Under the pieces are notes generated by a model. It ran no database searches and was not told the DNA's origin. It was given only the letters and a program-made list of their open reading frames with translations. This document shows positions 1-9,703 of a DNA stretch of 64,000 nt, one piece after another. A program made the position numbers and the translations under genes. Source of the DNA: Longimicrobiales bacterium (GTDB lineage: Bacteria > Gemmatimonadota > Gemmatimonadetes > Longimicrobiales > Gaopeijiaceae); NCBI GenBank assembly GCA_041690395.1, contig JAWLHJ010000001.1, forward strand, positions 768,001-832,000, read 5' to 3'. Each line of letters begins with the position of its first letter. Within the stretch, counting starts at the first letter, position 1.

Positions 1-1404
1 GCTCCCGTGTCCGAGACGGGCAGGATCGCCATCGCCGTGCTCCCCTTCGACGACCTGAGCGGGGACGAGCAGGGCCTCTTCTTCACCGAGGGGGTGACGG
101 AAGACGTGCTTACCCGGCTCTCGACGGTCGAGGGCTTCAGCGTGATCGCGCGGGCATCGGTCATGCCGTATCGAGACTCGCCCAAGTCCCTTCGGGTGAT
201 CGGTGAGGAGCTCGGAGTGCGCTATCTCGTGCACGGGAGCGTCCGTCACGCAAGCACGGGCGTCCGGATCACCGCCCAGCTCGTCGATGCACGCACGAAC
301 GCCAACGTCTGGGCCCAGAGCTACGACCGGGACGTGGAGGACATTTTCGCGGTCCAGAGCGACATCGCCATGCGGGTGGCCGCCGCGCTCGAGGCTCGCC
401 TCACGCCGCGGGCAGCGGCGGACATGGACCGTGTTCCGACCGAGGACCTCGCCGCGTACGACGCCTATCTGCGGGGCCGGTTCCAGTGGCATCTGCGCAC
501 CGAGGAGGGACTCCGCCGGTCGGTGGGCTTCTTCGAGGACGCGGTCGCGCGTGACCCGACGTACGCGCGTGCCTGGGCGGGGCTGGCCGACGCATACGCG
601 GTGCTCGCTTTCTACGACTATCTGCCTCCCGGCGAGGCGTTTCCGAAGGCGGCGGACGCGGCGCTCCGCGCGCTCGGCATCGATGATAGGCTGGCGGCGG
701 CCCATGCCTCGCTCGGCTACATCACCCTGTATCACGACTGGGATGCCGGGCGGGCCGAGGCCGCCTTCCGGCGATCCATCGAGCTCAACCCGAGCTACTC
801 CACGGGCCATCAGTGGTACGCCAACCACCTGGTGGCGACCGGGCGGTTCGACGAGGCGGAGCGGGCCATGAACCTCGCCCGCGAGACGAATCCGCTCTCG
901 CTCATCGCCAACGGCGCGCTCGGCTGGGTGTACTACTACTCCGGGCGCTACGAAGACGCGGTCCGGCAGTGCGACCTCGCTCTCGAGATGGATCCCGACT
1001 GGGACCTCGGCCACCTGTGGAGGGGCTTCGCGCTCGAGGGCATGGGGCGCTACGAAGAGGCGATCGAGGCGCACCGCCGGGCCGTCGACCTCTCGGATGG
1101 GAGCGGCATCAGCCTCGCGGCGCTCGCGCGCTCCCTGGCCGTCGCGGGACGGATCGACGAGGCCCGCGAGGTGCTCGCCGCGCTGACGGAGGAGATGGAT
1201 TCGGGCCGCTACCGGCCGTCGTTCGAGATCGCCCGGGTGTACGTGGGGCTGCGCGAGTACGACGAGGCGATCCGCTGGCTCGAGCGTGCGGAGCGTGAGC
1301 GCTCACACTCCATGGTCTTCCTCGAGGTCGATCCCCAGCTCGCGCCGCTCCGGGGGGATGCCGCGTTCCGCGCGCTCGTCCAGCGGGTGGGGTTCACGGA
1401 CTGA
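1..1404 (+). CDS. TolB-like domain + TPR repeat protein (5' end probably outside the window)
   Basis: IAVLPFDDLSGD..FTEGVTEDVLTRLS..VIARASVM TolB-like motif followed by several TPRs; frame is open back to base 1. Confidence 0.85.
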   Translation, partial: APVSETGRIAIAVLPFDDLSGDEQGLFFTEGVTEDVLTRLSTVEGFSVIARASVMPYRDSPKSLRVIGEELGVRYLVHGSVRHASTGVRITAQLVDARTNANVWAQSYDRDVEDIFAVQSDIAMRVAAALEARLTPRAAADMDRVPTEDLAAYDAYLRGRFQWHLRTEEGLRRSVGFFEDAVARDPTYARAWAGLADAYAVLAFYDYLPPGEAFPKAADAALRALGIDDRLAAAHASLGYITLYHDWDAGRAEAAFRRSIELNPSYSTGHQWYANHLVATGRFDEAERAMNLARETNPLSLIANGALGWVYYYSGRYEDAVRQCDLALEMDPDWDLGHLWRGFALEGMGRYEEAIEAHRRAVDLSDGSGISLAALARSLAVAGRIDEAREVLAALTEEMDSGRYRPSFEIARVYVGLREYDEAIRWLERAERERSHSMVFLEVDPQLAPLRGDAAFRALVQRVGFTD

Positions 1405-1409
1405 TCGCC

Positions 1410-2033
1410 TCAGGGTTCCGGGGGCCCGTCCGGGTGGAGCTCGCACGCCGGCGGCTGGTCACGGGTCCACGACAGCCCGACGATCCTCCATCCGCTCTCA
1501 CCCAGAAGCAGCGTAGCCGCATCGATCCCGCAGTGGCTGAGCTCGTCGCCGTTGTAGAAGTCGTACGGCGTCCAGATCGTGGCCAGGGGGCCGTCGACCG
1601 TGACCACCGGATCCCACATCCGCTCGATGAGCGGTACCGTGCTCGACGTGATGCGCTCGGCCAGCTGGTCGAGCGTGGCCGTCCCGAGGGTCGTCGTGCC
1701 GTCCCGGGTCTCGGTGAAGGACATCAGCGTGCCGGGGGCCACGACCGAGCGGAGGAGCTCGGCGTCTCCGGCCTCCAGAGCGTCGAACAGGGTCTGGAGG
1801 GGTGCCAGGATCGCGTCGCGCTCCGCGGCGGACGGCTCGACGCCGGAAGCGGCCAGCCGCGTGTCCGTGCGGTCCGTTGCGACGTCGGCATCCGAGGCGC
1901 CGGCATCAGAGCCGGGATCGCTCGGCGCACAGGCTGCGATCAGGAAGATGCCGATAAGGGCGACCGCGCGGGTCAGCGGTTGGCCCGCGAGGATCAGAGG
2001 TCCCGCGCCAGCCTGATTCCGGTGAGCTGCCAT
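1410..2033 (-). CDS. NTF2/SnoaL-like (DUF4440-type) lipoprotein; start uncertain
   Basis: Lipobox LIAAC; ERMWDPVVTVDGPLATIWTPYDFY..HCGIDA..WRIV motif; nearest in-frame ATG is at 2033, overlapping the egtB 3' end. Confidence 0.7.
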   Translation of the reverse strand: MAAHRNQAGAGPLILAGQPLTRAVALIGIFLIAACAPSDPGSDAGASDADVATDRTDTRLAASGVEPSAAERDAILAPLQTLFDALEAGDAELLRSVVAPGTLMSFTETRDGTTTLGTATLDQLAERITSSTVPLIERMWDPVVTVDGPLATIWTPYDFYNGDELSHCGIDAATLLLGESGWRIVGLSWTRDQPPACELHPDGPPEP

Positions 2034-3361
2034 GATGCGTCCGGGTGGAAGAAGTTCCGGTAGGTGTGCCGCATGTGGCTCCGCGACGTCGCGCACGAGC
2101 CTCCGCGTAGCACGAACTGGTTCACCATGAACTTCCCGTTGTACTCCCCCACCGCGCCAGGGGCGGGCTGATATCCCGGATACGGCCGGTACGGGCTGCC
2201 CGTCCATTCCCAGACGTCCCCGAAGAGCTGCTGGAAGCGGCCCGTGGGGGTGTTATCCCCGACTTCGTCACGCCCGCCCGCTGGCTCACGCATGCCCGCC
2301 GGCTCGGGATGGAACCGCCCGGCATCGACGAAGTTGCCCTCGATGGGCACGTCCCCGGCGGCGAGTTCCCACTCCTCCTCGAGCGGCAGCCGTGCGCCGG
2401 CCCACCGCGCGTACGCATCGGCCTCGTACCAGTTGACGTGACATACCGGCTCGTGGGGCGCCACAGGCATCATCCCGCGCAGCGTGAACGTCCACCACTC
2501 CCCGTCCCGTCGCTCCCAGTAGAACGGCTCCGTCCAGCCGTGCTCGTCGCGGGCCGCCCATCCCTCGGACATCCAGAGCTCCGGCCGCTCGTAGCCGCCG
2601 TCGGCCATGAAGTCGAGGTACTCGGCGTTCGTCACCAGTCGATGCCCGAGCGCGAACGGCCGGAAGAGATGATCGTGGCGGGGCTGCTCGTTGTCGTAGC
2701 AGAATCCATCGCCGTCCCACCCGACCTCCCGGATGCCGCCGGCGAGCTCGATCCACTCGAGCGGCTCGACCCGGGTGGGGCGTTCGGAACGCCGGGCCTC
2801 CGACGTCGCGTCGAGCTCCAGATATGCCGGCCGCAGCGGATTCACGCCGAACACGTGCTTGATGTCCGTGAGCATCAGCTCCTGATGCTGCTGCTCGTGG
2901 TTGAGCCCGAGCTCGACGAGGTCGCGCACCTCGGGGGAGAGATCATCAGTCAGGAGCCGCTCCATCGCGTGGTCGACGGCCGTGCGGTACGCCCACACCT
3001 CGGCCACGGTCGGCCGCGACAGGTAACCGCGTCGCGAGCGGCAGTGCCGCTCCCCGGCCTGTACGTAATACGAGTTGAACAGGAAGGGATAGTCCGGGTC
3101 GTGGAGCTCGTAGCCGTCGAGGTGCGGCACGAGCAGGAACGTCTCGAAGAACCAGGACGTGTGCGCCAGGTGCCACTTCGTCGGGCTCACGTCCGGCATC
3201 GACTGCACCACGTGATCCTCCGGAGAAAGGCTGCGCGTCAGGTAGCGGCTCCGCTGGCGAACCAGTCGGTACCGGTCCAGGAGCTCACTCTCGGCGCGCG
3301 TCGCGGGCGATGCGGTTACGGGTGCTACGGAAGGCGCGGATCGGTCCCGGGGGAGGCCCAC
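1994..3361 (-). CDS. egtB: Ergothioneine biosynthesis sulfoxide synthase EgtB
   Basis: QSMPDVSPTKWHLAHTSWFFETF, FNSYY, HEQQHQEL iron-binding motif, FGE-like C-terminus with GEYNGKFM and RGGSCAT. Confidence 0.93.
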   Translation of the reverse strand: MGLPRDRSAPSVAPVTASPATRAESELLDRYRLVRQRSRYLTRSLSPEDHVVQSMPDVSPTKWHLAHTSWFFETFLLVPHLDGYELHDPDYPFLFNSYYVQAGERHCRSRRGYLSRPTVAEVWAYRTAVDHAMERLLTDDLSPEVRDLVELGLNHEQQHQELMLTDIKHVFGVNPLRPAYLELDATSEARRSERPTRVEPLEWIELAGGIREVGWDGDGFCYDNEQPRHDHLFRPFALGHRLVTNAEYLDFMADGGYERPELWMSEGWAARDEHGWTEPFYWERRDGEWWTFTLRGMMPVAPHEPVCHVNWYEADAYARWAGARLPLEEEWELAAGDVPIEGNFVDAGRFHPEPAGMREPAGGRDEVGDNTPTGRFQQLFGDVWEWTGSPYRPYPGYQPAPGAVGEYNGKFMVNQFVLRGGSCATSRSHMRHTYRNFFHPDASWQLTGIRLARDL

Positions 3362-3489
3362 GATATGGCTCCTGATCGAAGATGACGTGCCTATAGTGAA
3401 CCACCGGAGGTGGCGCGGGGTTCCGGACGCACGGAGGCCCCGCGACCCGGAGAGGCGCCGCGGGGCTCGTGCAGGGGCCCGTTCTCGCG

Positions 3490-4122
3490 TCAGCCCGTCA
3501 GCGCCGCCACCACCGACGGCGGTACGATGACCGCGTCGATGACGTGGATGATCCCGTTGCTCGCCGAGATCTGGCCAGGCACGATCGACGCGTCGTCACG
3601 CAGGCCGGTCAGGCCGTCCTCGATGGTGAGGTCGCTCCGCACACGGAACGTCTCTCCGAGGAGGGAGGTGATCTCGCGGGGATTCCGCTTCGGTACCACG
3701 CTGTTGGCGGCGCGCCGCCCCTCGGTGACGTGGTAGAGCAGGACGTCCAGTACCACCTCCGCGGGAACGTCGGAGATCTCGTCGATCTCGGCGTCGAGCA
3801 CCGTGCTCAGGAGCCCGTAGAGATCCTCGAAGGCCTCGTTGGTGGGGGCGAACACCGTGTACTGGTCGGTCCCGTTGAGGAACAGGTTCACGAGTCCGGC
3901 ATCCAGCTCGGTGTCGACATAGGCCAGCGCGCCCACGAGCTCGGTGAACTCGGCTTCGATGGCGATGGCGGCGATGGACGCGTCGGTGGGGGCCGGAGCG
4001 CGGGCGAGCGTGGGCTCGCCGGCGTCGATCTCGGTCGCCGTGGGCGTATCGGAGCAGGCGGCCAGCGTCGCGATGCCGGCCAGCAGCGCCACGTGGCGGG
4101 TGCTGCGGAGAAGGTCGAACAT
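3490..4122 (-). CDS. Fasciclin (FAS1) domain lipoprotein
   Basis: Lipobox LAAC; YTVFAPTNEAF, LLYHV and ASNGIIHVIDAVIVP FAS1 motifs. Confidence 0.9.
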   Translation of the reverse strand: MFDLLRSTRHVALLAGIATLAACSDTPTATEIDAGEPTLARAPAPTDASIAAIAIEAEFTELVGALAYVDTELDAGLVNLFLNGTDQYTVFAPTNEAFEDLYGLLSTVLDAEIDEISDVPAEVVLDVLLYHVTEGRRAANSVVPKRNPREITSLLGETFRVRSDLTIEDGLTGLRDDASIVPGQISASNGIIHVIDAVIVPPSVVAALTG

Positions 4123-4214
4123 GGGGGTCTCCCGGTGAAGGTGGGCGTCTCGGCCCGGGGCGCGGCCCCGGAACGACCCAGCTACACGGGAGGAGCGTCG
4201 GCTGACCAGGGGCG

Positions 4215-4685
4215 TCAGGACCCGCCCGGCACGGTCACCGGCTCCGTTACCCTCATCCCCAGCTCCTCGTCCGCGACGTTCTCCTGATAGTCGATGAAGA
4301 ACTCCGTCGGCACACCGGTCACCGAGTCGTACGTCGCCGAGATCGAGTGCGCGTCCCGCGCGATGGCGTCTTCCAGGATGTCGAACAGCCCGTCCACGCT
4401 CGGAAAGAGATCTTCGGTCGGCTCGACGGGCGGCTCGTCCTCGGCGAGATACACGATGGACACGACCGCGCCGTCCTCGACGGTGACCCGCGCCGGGCCG
4501 CGGTAGCCGCAGAAGCAGAGACGCTCGACGGCATAGACGTAGTCGCTCGGGCCGCTCGCTTCCCAGAGGGCGCGGGCCCGCTCGAGCTCGCTGCGCTCGG
4601 GGCCGAGGGAGTCGCAGGAGGCCGCGAGCAGGGTGAGGAGACCCAGGGCGGACAGGGCGAGTCGGGACGGCGTCGTGGTGCGCAT
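4215..4685 (-). CDS. DUF6174-like lipoprotein
   Basis: Lipobox LAASC; ARALWEASGPSDYVY..RLCFC, SVDGLFD, YD..TGVP..IDY..ADEE. Confidence 0.75.
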   Translation of the reverse strand: MRTTTPSRLALSALGLLTLLAASCDSLGPERSELERARALWEASGPSDYVYAVERLCFCGYRGPARVTVEDGAVVSIVYLAEDEPPVEPTEDLFPSVDGLFDILEDAIARDAHSISATYDSVTGVPTEFFIDYQENVADEELGMRVTEPVTVPGGS

Positions 4686-4770
4686 GGTCGAAGGCTCCGA
4701 GGGGTGCGACTTAGATTACCCTGGAGACGATCGAGATGGGCCGTTCGTGACCCCGGACCCGGAGTGGAGC

Positions 4771-5385
4771 ATGAAGTCGATGCCATGGTGCGCGGCCGTG
4801 GCGCTGGTAGCCGCCCTCGCGTGCTCGGGCGAGCCCCCCGAGGCAGCCCCCGACACCGGAGCCCCCGACACCCCCGCCCGGACCGCCACGCCCGTCGATC
4901 CCGCCGACACGGCGAGCTGGAGCATCGGCATCACGTCGGCCCCGTCCACGGCCACCGCGCCTCCTCTCCCCGTGCTGACCGCCCTTCGCGCCGGCACGCA
5001 TCCGGACTACGAGCGCGTCACGTTCGAGATCGCCGGCGCTCCGGAGGGCGATGGCGCCGCCGACGTGCCGGCCGGGCGCCCCGGGTACAAGCTCGAGTAC
5101 GTGGACCGGCCGCTCATCGCGTGCGGGTCCGGCGACCAGATCTTCCCCGTGGGTGACGGTTGGCTGGAGATCCGGCTCGAGCCCGCGGCCGCGCACACCG
5201 AGGAGGGCCAGCCGACGCTGGGGCCCCGCGAGGTCGAGGTGGGCGGCCCGCTCCTCCAGCGCATCTACCGGACGTGCGACTTCGAGGGCATCGTGACCCA
5301 TGTCCTCGCCCTCGGGAGCCCGAACGAGTATCGGGTCTTCACGCTTGCGAGTCCGCTGCGGATCGTGGTGGACGTACGGAGATAG
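4771..5385 (+). CDS. AMIN-like domain lipoprotein
   Basis: Lipobox ALAC; RAGTHPDYERVTFE, CDFEG, YRVFTLASPLRIVVDV. Confidence 0.75.
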   Translation: MKSMPWCAAVALVAALACSGEPPEAAPDTGAPDTPARTATPVDPADTASWSIGITSAPSTATAPPLPVLTALRAGTHPDYERVTFEIAGAPEGDGAADVPAGRPGYKLEYVDRPLIACGSGDQIFPVGDGWLEIRLEPAAAHTEEGQPTLGPREVEVGGPLLQRIYRTCDFEGIVTHVLALGSPNEYRVFTLASPLRIVVDVRR

Positions 5386-5396
5386 GTGGAATCGCC

Positions 5397-6437
5397 ATGA
5401 AAAACGTGCTCGTACTCCTCGCCCTGATCGGGTGGGCCTGCCTGCCCAGCGCGGTGGTCGCCCAGGCCCAGCCCCCTGCCGAGCCGCCGGCCGACTGGGG
5501 TCCGACGGCGATCGACTACACGAACGTCCCGTACCCCTATCCGGTCGACTTCCTCGACGTCCGGCTGTACGGCGAAGACCACCGGATGGCGTACATGGAC
5601 GTCGCTCCGGTCGGCGAAGCCAACGGGCGGACCGTGGTCGTCTTCCACGGGATGAACTTCTTCGCGGCGGCCTACGAGCCGACCATCGACGCGCTCACCG
5701 AGGCGGGCTTCCGCGTCATCGCCATCGACCGACTCGGCTACGGCCGGTCGTCCAAGCCGGACATCCATTACAACCTCCACATGCCGGCGAGAAACACGAA
5801 GGCGCTTCTGGACGCGCTGGGGATCGAGCGGGCGGCGATCGTCGGGCACTCGATGGGCGGCATGGTCGCGACGCGCTTCGCGTTCACGTATCCGGAGACC
5901 ACGAGCCACGTGGTCATGGTGAACCAGATCGGGCTGAGCGATCCCCGGCCGGACCGCCCGTGGCAGGACCCCCAGGAGGCCTACGAGAGCACGTACGACG
6001 ACACGAGCTACCCATCGATCCTCAGCGGGCACGTGCGCTACTACCCGCGGGGATGGAAGCCGGAGTACCTGCACTGGGTGAAGGTGCAGTACGGACTCAC
6101 GCTCAGCGGCGACTGGCCGAGGATGGCGAAGGTGCGCGCCGCGCAGCGCCGGATCCTCTACGAGGACCCGGTCGTCTACGAGTGGCAGCACATCGCCAGC
6201 AAGGCGCTGGTGATCGGCGGCGCCGAGGACCGGCTCGTCGCGGACTACCCGGCGGCCGCGCGCAACGTGGCGGAGCAGCTCCGGAACGCCGAGCTGGTGA
6301 TCTTCCCCGAGGTCGGGCACTCACCGCACTTCGACAGCCCCGATGAGTACCATGCGCAGCTGATCCGCTTCCTGCTGTCCGATCCCGACGAGCCCGCGGA
6401 TCAGAGCTGGCGCGAGAACGGCCCCAGGTGGAGGTGA
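5397..6437 (+). CDS. Secreted alpha/beta hydrolase
   Basis: Signal peptide; HGMNF oxyanion region, GHSMGG nucleophile elbow, GHSPH catalytic His. Confidence 0.9.
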   Translation: MKNVLVLLALIGWACLPSAVVAQAQPPAEPPADWGPTAIDYTNVPYPYPVDFLDVRLYGEDHRMAYMDVAPVGEANGRTVVVFHGMNFFAAAYEPTIDALTEAGFRVIAIDRLGYGRSSKPDIHYNLHMPARNTKALLDALGIERAAIVGHSMGGMVATRFAFTYPETTSHVVMVNQIGLSDPRPDRPWQDPQEAYESTYDDTSYPSILSGHVRYYPRGWKPEYLHWVKVQYGLTLSGDWPRMAKVRAAQRRILYEDPVVYEWQHIASKALVIGGAEDRLVADYPAAARNVAEQLRNAELVIFPEVGHSPHFDSPDEYHAQLIRFLLSDPDEPADQSWRENGPRWR

Positions 6438-6462
6438 CGTCCGCCTGGCGCCCGGCCCGCCC

Positions 6463-7743
6463 TCACCTCGTGGCCAGCTGTCTCGCGACCGACTGGAGAT
6501 CGGGCTCCACGAAATCTTCTCCGAAGGTCCCGAACCACGCGACCACGAGGTTCCGACTCGGCGACACGTACAGGAACTGTCCGCCCCAGCCTCCCTTGCC
6601 GAAGTCGCCGTCGGCGAAGACCGCGTCGGTTTGCCATGCAGCGTGCGTGGGTCGGTCGCCGGCCGTCGCGTAGGCGTCCCATGGCGCGTTTTCGAAGAGG
6701 GCCGGCCGGGCGTCGTCGAGGAGCTTTCGCTGAAAGCTCTCCTGCTCGAGCATGAAGAGCCCGAGGCGCCCGAGGTCGCGCAAGGTGGTGAAGAGCCCGC
6801 CATGGGCCGCGGCCGCCTCCCCTCTCGCGTAGTCGCCGGAAACGAGGAGGGCTTCCGCCTCGGCGCCGACTGCGCGCCACACCCGCTGGGACACCAGGTC
6901 GGGATAAGTCCGTCCGGTGAGTTCTTCGGCGAGATACATGAGCATGCTGGTGTTCGCCGACGCGTAGTCGTAACGCGTCCCCTGCTCGATGCCGCGGGGA
7001 ACGGCGGCCATGTGATCCCGGAAAGACACGGTGGGGAGGTCCGGATTGAGCCCCACGCTGCGCTCCATGACCAGCATGCACGACTCGACGTCGGCGTAGG
7101 CTTCGGCGTTCTCCGGGCAAGCGATGCCGGAGGTCATGTCGAGGATATTCCGAACGGTGATCCCTTCCCAGCCGGTGCCCACGAGGGCGGGGATGTAATG
7201 GTCGACGGGCCGGGACACGTCGACGAGACCCTCGTCCTCCAGGTCTGAGACGATGAGCCCGGCGACCATCTTGCTGATGCTCCACCACAGGTGACGGTCT
7301 TCCGGCCTCATGTGCACGTAACGCTCGTAGACGATCTCCCCGTCCTGAAGCACGATGAGACCGTCGATCCGGGGATCGTCGGACACGTAGTCGTCGAGGG
7401 TGACACGGCCGCGGTCGCGGGTGAGCACGACGAAGTCGGCCATGTCGGGTCGTGGCGCTTCGCGTAGGGTGCGGACCGCGCCACCGCCCCGCAGGGGAAC
7501 GGTCGGGACGAGCCGGTCCACGTTGAGGTGTCCGAAGCGCATCGCGTCTCCGCCGAACCAGCCTTCGACGTAGTCCCACTGTTCCCGGAGGGCGCGGGCC
7601 TCGTCGTCCGAAAAGGGCCCGGCGTGCTCCTCGGAGCCCGGAGCGGGCAGCGCGTCCTGGTCTCCGGGCTGGCACGCCGTCGCCCCGAAGCTGAGGAGAG
7701 CGATGGTCAGGGCTTTGGCGGGCAGCATGCGGGCAAGGGTCAT
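6463..7743 (-). CDS. Serine hydrolase, beta-lactamase/NylB-like family lipoprotein
   Basis: SxxK (WSISK), ILDMTSG, YxS (YASANT), LRDLGRLG, GWGGQFLYV; lipobox-like ATAC. Confidence 0.88.
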   Translation of the reverse strand: MTLARMLPAKALTIALLSFGATACQPGDQDALPAPGSEEHAGPFSDDEARALREQWDYVEGWFGGDAMRFGHLNVDRLVPTVPLRGGGAVRTLREAPRPDMADFVVLTRDRGRVTLDDYVSDDPRIDGLIVLQDGEIVYERYVHMRPEDRHLWWSISKMVAGLIVSDLEDEGLVDVSRPVDHYIPALVGTGWEGITVRNILDMTSGIACPENAEAYADVESCMLVMERSVGLNPDLPTVSFRDHMAAVPRGIEQGTRYDYASANTSMLMYLAEELTGRTYPDLVSQRVWRAVGAEAEALLVSGDYARGEAAAAHGGLFTTLRDLGRLGLFMLEQESFQRKLLDDARPALFENAPWDAYATAGDRPTHAAWQTDAVFADGDFGKGGWGGQFLYVSPSRNLVVAWFGTFGEDFVEPDLQSVARQLATR

Positions 7744-7857
7744 GGCGGGGTGGAGTCGGAAGCGTGTGGGTCGAAGCACGAACCATTGTGCCCCGGTCCG
7801 GGCGGAACGGCCAGGAGTTGCTCCGGCGGAGGAGCGCGCTCTCTTTCCGGGACGTCG

Positions 7858-7953
7858 GAAGTCGTTCGATCTTCGAACGATCCTACTGCCAGTCGCGCCC
7901 ATATACGACGCGGGTATCCCCATTACCAGATCGTTCGACTTTCGAACGACTTT
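7858..7953. repeat. REP-like palindrome doublet (copy A)
   Basis: TCGTTCGA-tct-TCGAACGA at 7862-7880 and TCGTTCGA-ctt-TCGAACGA at 7931-7949, with flanks in inverted orientation. Confidence 0.75.
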
Positions 7954-8032
7954 CAACGCCCGCTCGGAGCGCGCTCGACGAAGGGTCGGGGAACGGGTCG
8001 GACGCCTCGAGGTCTCTCGCGCCTGCCGAGCG

Positions 8033-9703
8033 TTAGATCTCACCCCTCCGCGCGAACTCCGTCATGTGGTCCGCGGCCCGGAACGCCAGCGCCTGGATGG
8101 TCATGGTCGGCTGACCCCGCCCGGACGTGACCATGCTGCTGCCGTCGCAGATGAAGAGGTTCGGCACGTCGTGGGCACGATGGTAACGGTCGACGACCGA
8201 TGTGTCCGGGTCGTCGCCCATGCGGCAGGTCCCGAGCAGGTGCGCGGCGACGGTGGAGGGCCCGACGGGCACCCTCCAGATGCGCTCCGCGCCAGCCGCC
8301 TCCATGATCTCCACCGAGCGATCCTGGAGAAACGTCCCGAACGCCAGGTCGTCGGGGTGGTCTTCGTAGGTGACCCGGATCCCGGGCCGCCCCCAGGCGT
8401 CGACCAGGTCGTCGTCCAGCGAGATCGAGTTCTGCTCCCGGGGGAGCGACGTGCCGTGCCCCGACACCAGCATCGTGTGCCGAAAGGCGGCCAGCTGCTC
8501 CTTGAGCTCCGGACCCCAGGCCGGCATCCCGGGCATGGGATTGTCGAGCGCGGCCCAGAAGAGCGGACCGATGGTCGCCCGCGCATCCATCCCGCCGCCG
8601 CCGTAGAAGCCACGCCGCGGGTCGGTCTCGTAGAAGTCCATGACGACGCGTGTCGCGACGACGCTCTTGTACTCGTTGAGCGGCTCGGAGAAGCGGGCCC
8701 ATGTCGCCGGATTGTAGTTGAACATCAGGTTCTTGCCGACGTAGCCGCTCGAGTTGGCGAGCCCGTCGGGGTGGCGGCTCGATTCGGAAAGGAACAGGAG
8801 CCGGGGCGTCTCGGCGCCGTTGGCCGCCAGCACCACCGCCTTCGCGGGCTGGGCGTGCTCGACCCCGTCCGCGTCGAGATACACCACGCGCGTGACCCGG
8901 CCGGACGCGTTCGTCTCCACCCGCGTCACGGTGCTCCGGTCGCGGATCTCGCACCGTCCGGTCGCCTCGGCCACCGGGATCATCGATGCGAGCGTCGACG
9001 ACTTCGCGCCGATCTCGCACGGCTGGCCCCAGCATAGTCCGCAGTGGATGCACGGCGCCCGGCCGTTGTGCGGTCGTGACAGGATGGCCAGTGGCGCGGG
9101 CTTTGAGGTGTAGCCGGCCCGCGCGGCTCCGTCCCGGAGCAGCACGCCCGACGACTTGATCGGCATCGGGGGGACCGGGTAGCCGCGGGAGCGCGGCGGA
9201 TCGCCGGGGCCGGGCTCGCCGGAGATCCCGATCTCCCAATCCACCTTCGTGTAGTACGGCTCGAGCTCGTCGTAGGTGATGGGCCAGTCGGCGAACGTCG
9301 TCCCCGGAATCGACCCGAGGATGGATCGCTCCTGGAAGTCCACCGGCCTCAGCCGCCAGTAATTCGCGGCGAAATGCAGGCTGCTGCCGCCGACGACCTT
9401 GGCGTAGAAGAGCGCCGGGAAGAAGAATGACGGGGTCGCCCCCTCGTCGGGGGTGGTCCGAAACGACTGGGGGTGGTCCGCGAGCCGGCCCGTCAGGCCG
9501 TCGCCGAAGTAGGTCTCGACCTCGTCGTGGCGGAACTGGAAGGGCCGGAGGTAGGGGCCCTGCTCGAGCACGACCACGCTGAACCCGTTGGTGGAGAGTT
9601 CCTTCGCCAGCACGCCGCCCGCGGCCCCCGAGCCGACGATCACGAAGTCGACCTCGTCCGAGGTGCCGTACCGGACCATGTCCTGGCTCGACGCGGCGCT
9701 CAT
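8033..9703 (-). CDS. GMC family FAD oxidoreductase
   Basis: VIVGSGAAGG FAD motif, VVGGSSLHF, CIHCGLC, HLLGTCRMG, PTMTIQALA; ATGA overlap with the upstream gene. Confidence 0.93.
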   Translation of the reverse strand: MSAASSQDMVRYGTSDEVDFVIVGSGAAGGVLAKELSTNGFSVVVLEQGPYLRPFQFRHDEVETYFGDGLTGRLADHPQSFRTTPDEGATPSFFFPALFYAKVVGGSSLHFAANYWRLRPVDFQERSILGSIPGTTFADWPITYDELEPYYTKVDWEIGISGEPGPGDPPRSRGYPVPPMPIKSSGVLLRDGAARAGYTSKPAPLAILSRPHNGRAPCIHCGLCWGQPCEIGAKSSTLASMIPVAEATGRCEIRDRSTVTRVETNASGRVTRVVYLDADGVEHAQPAKAVVLAANGAETPRLLFLSESSRHPDGLANSSGYVGKNLMFNYNPATWARFSEPLNEYKSVVATRVVMDFYETDPRRGFYGGGGMDARATIGPLFWAALDNPMPGMPAWGPELKEQLAAFRHTMLVSGHGTSLPREQNSISLDDDLVDAWGRPGIRVTYEDHPDDLAFGTFLQDRSVEIMEAAGAERIWRVPVGPSTVAAHLLGTCRMGDDPDTSVVDRYHRAHDVPNLFICDGSSMVTSGRGQPTMTIQALAFRAADHMTEFARRGEI

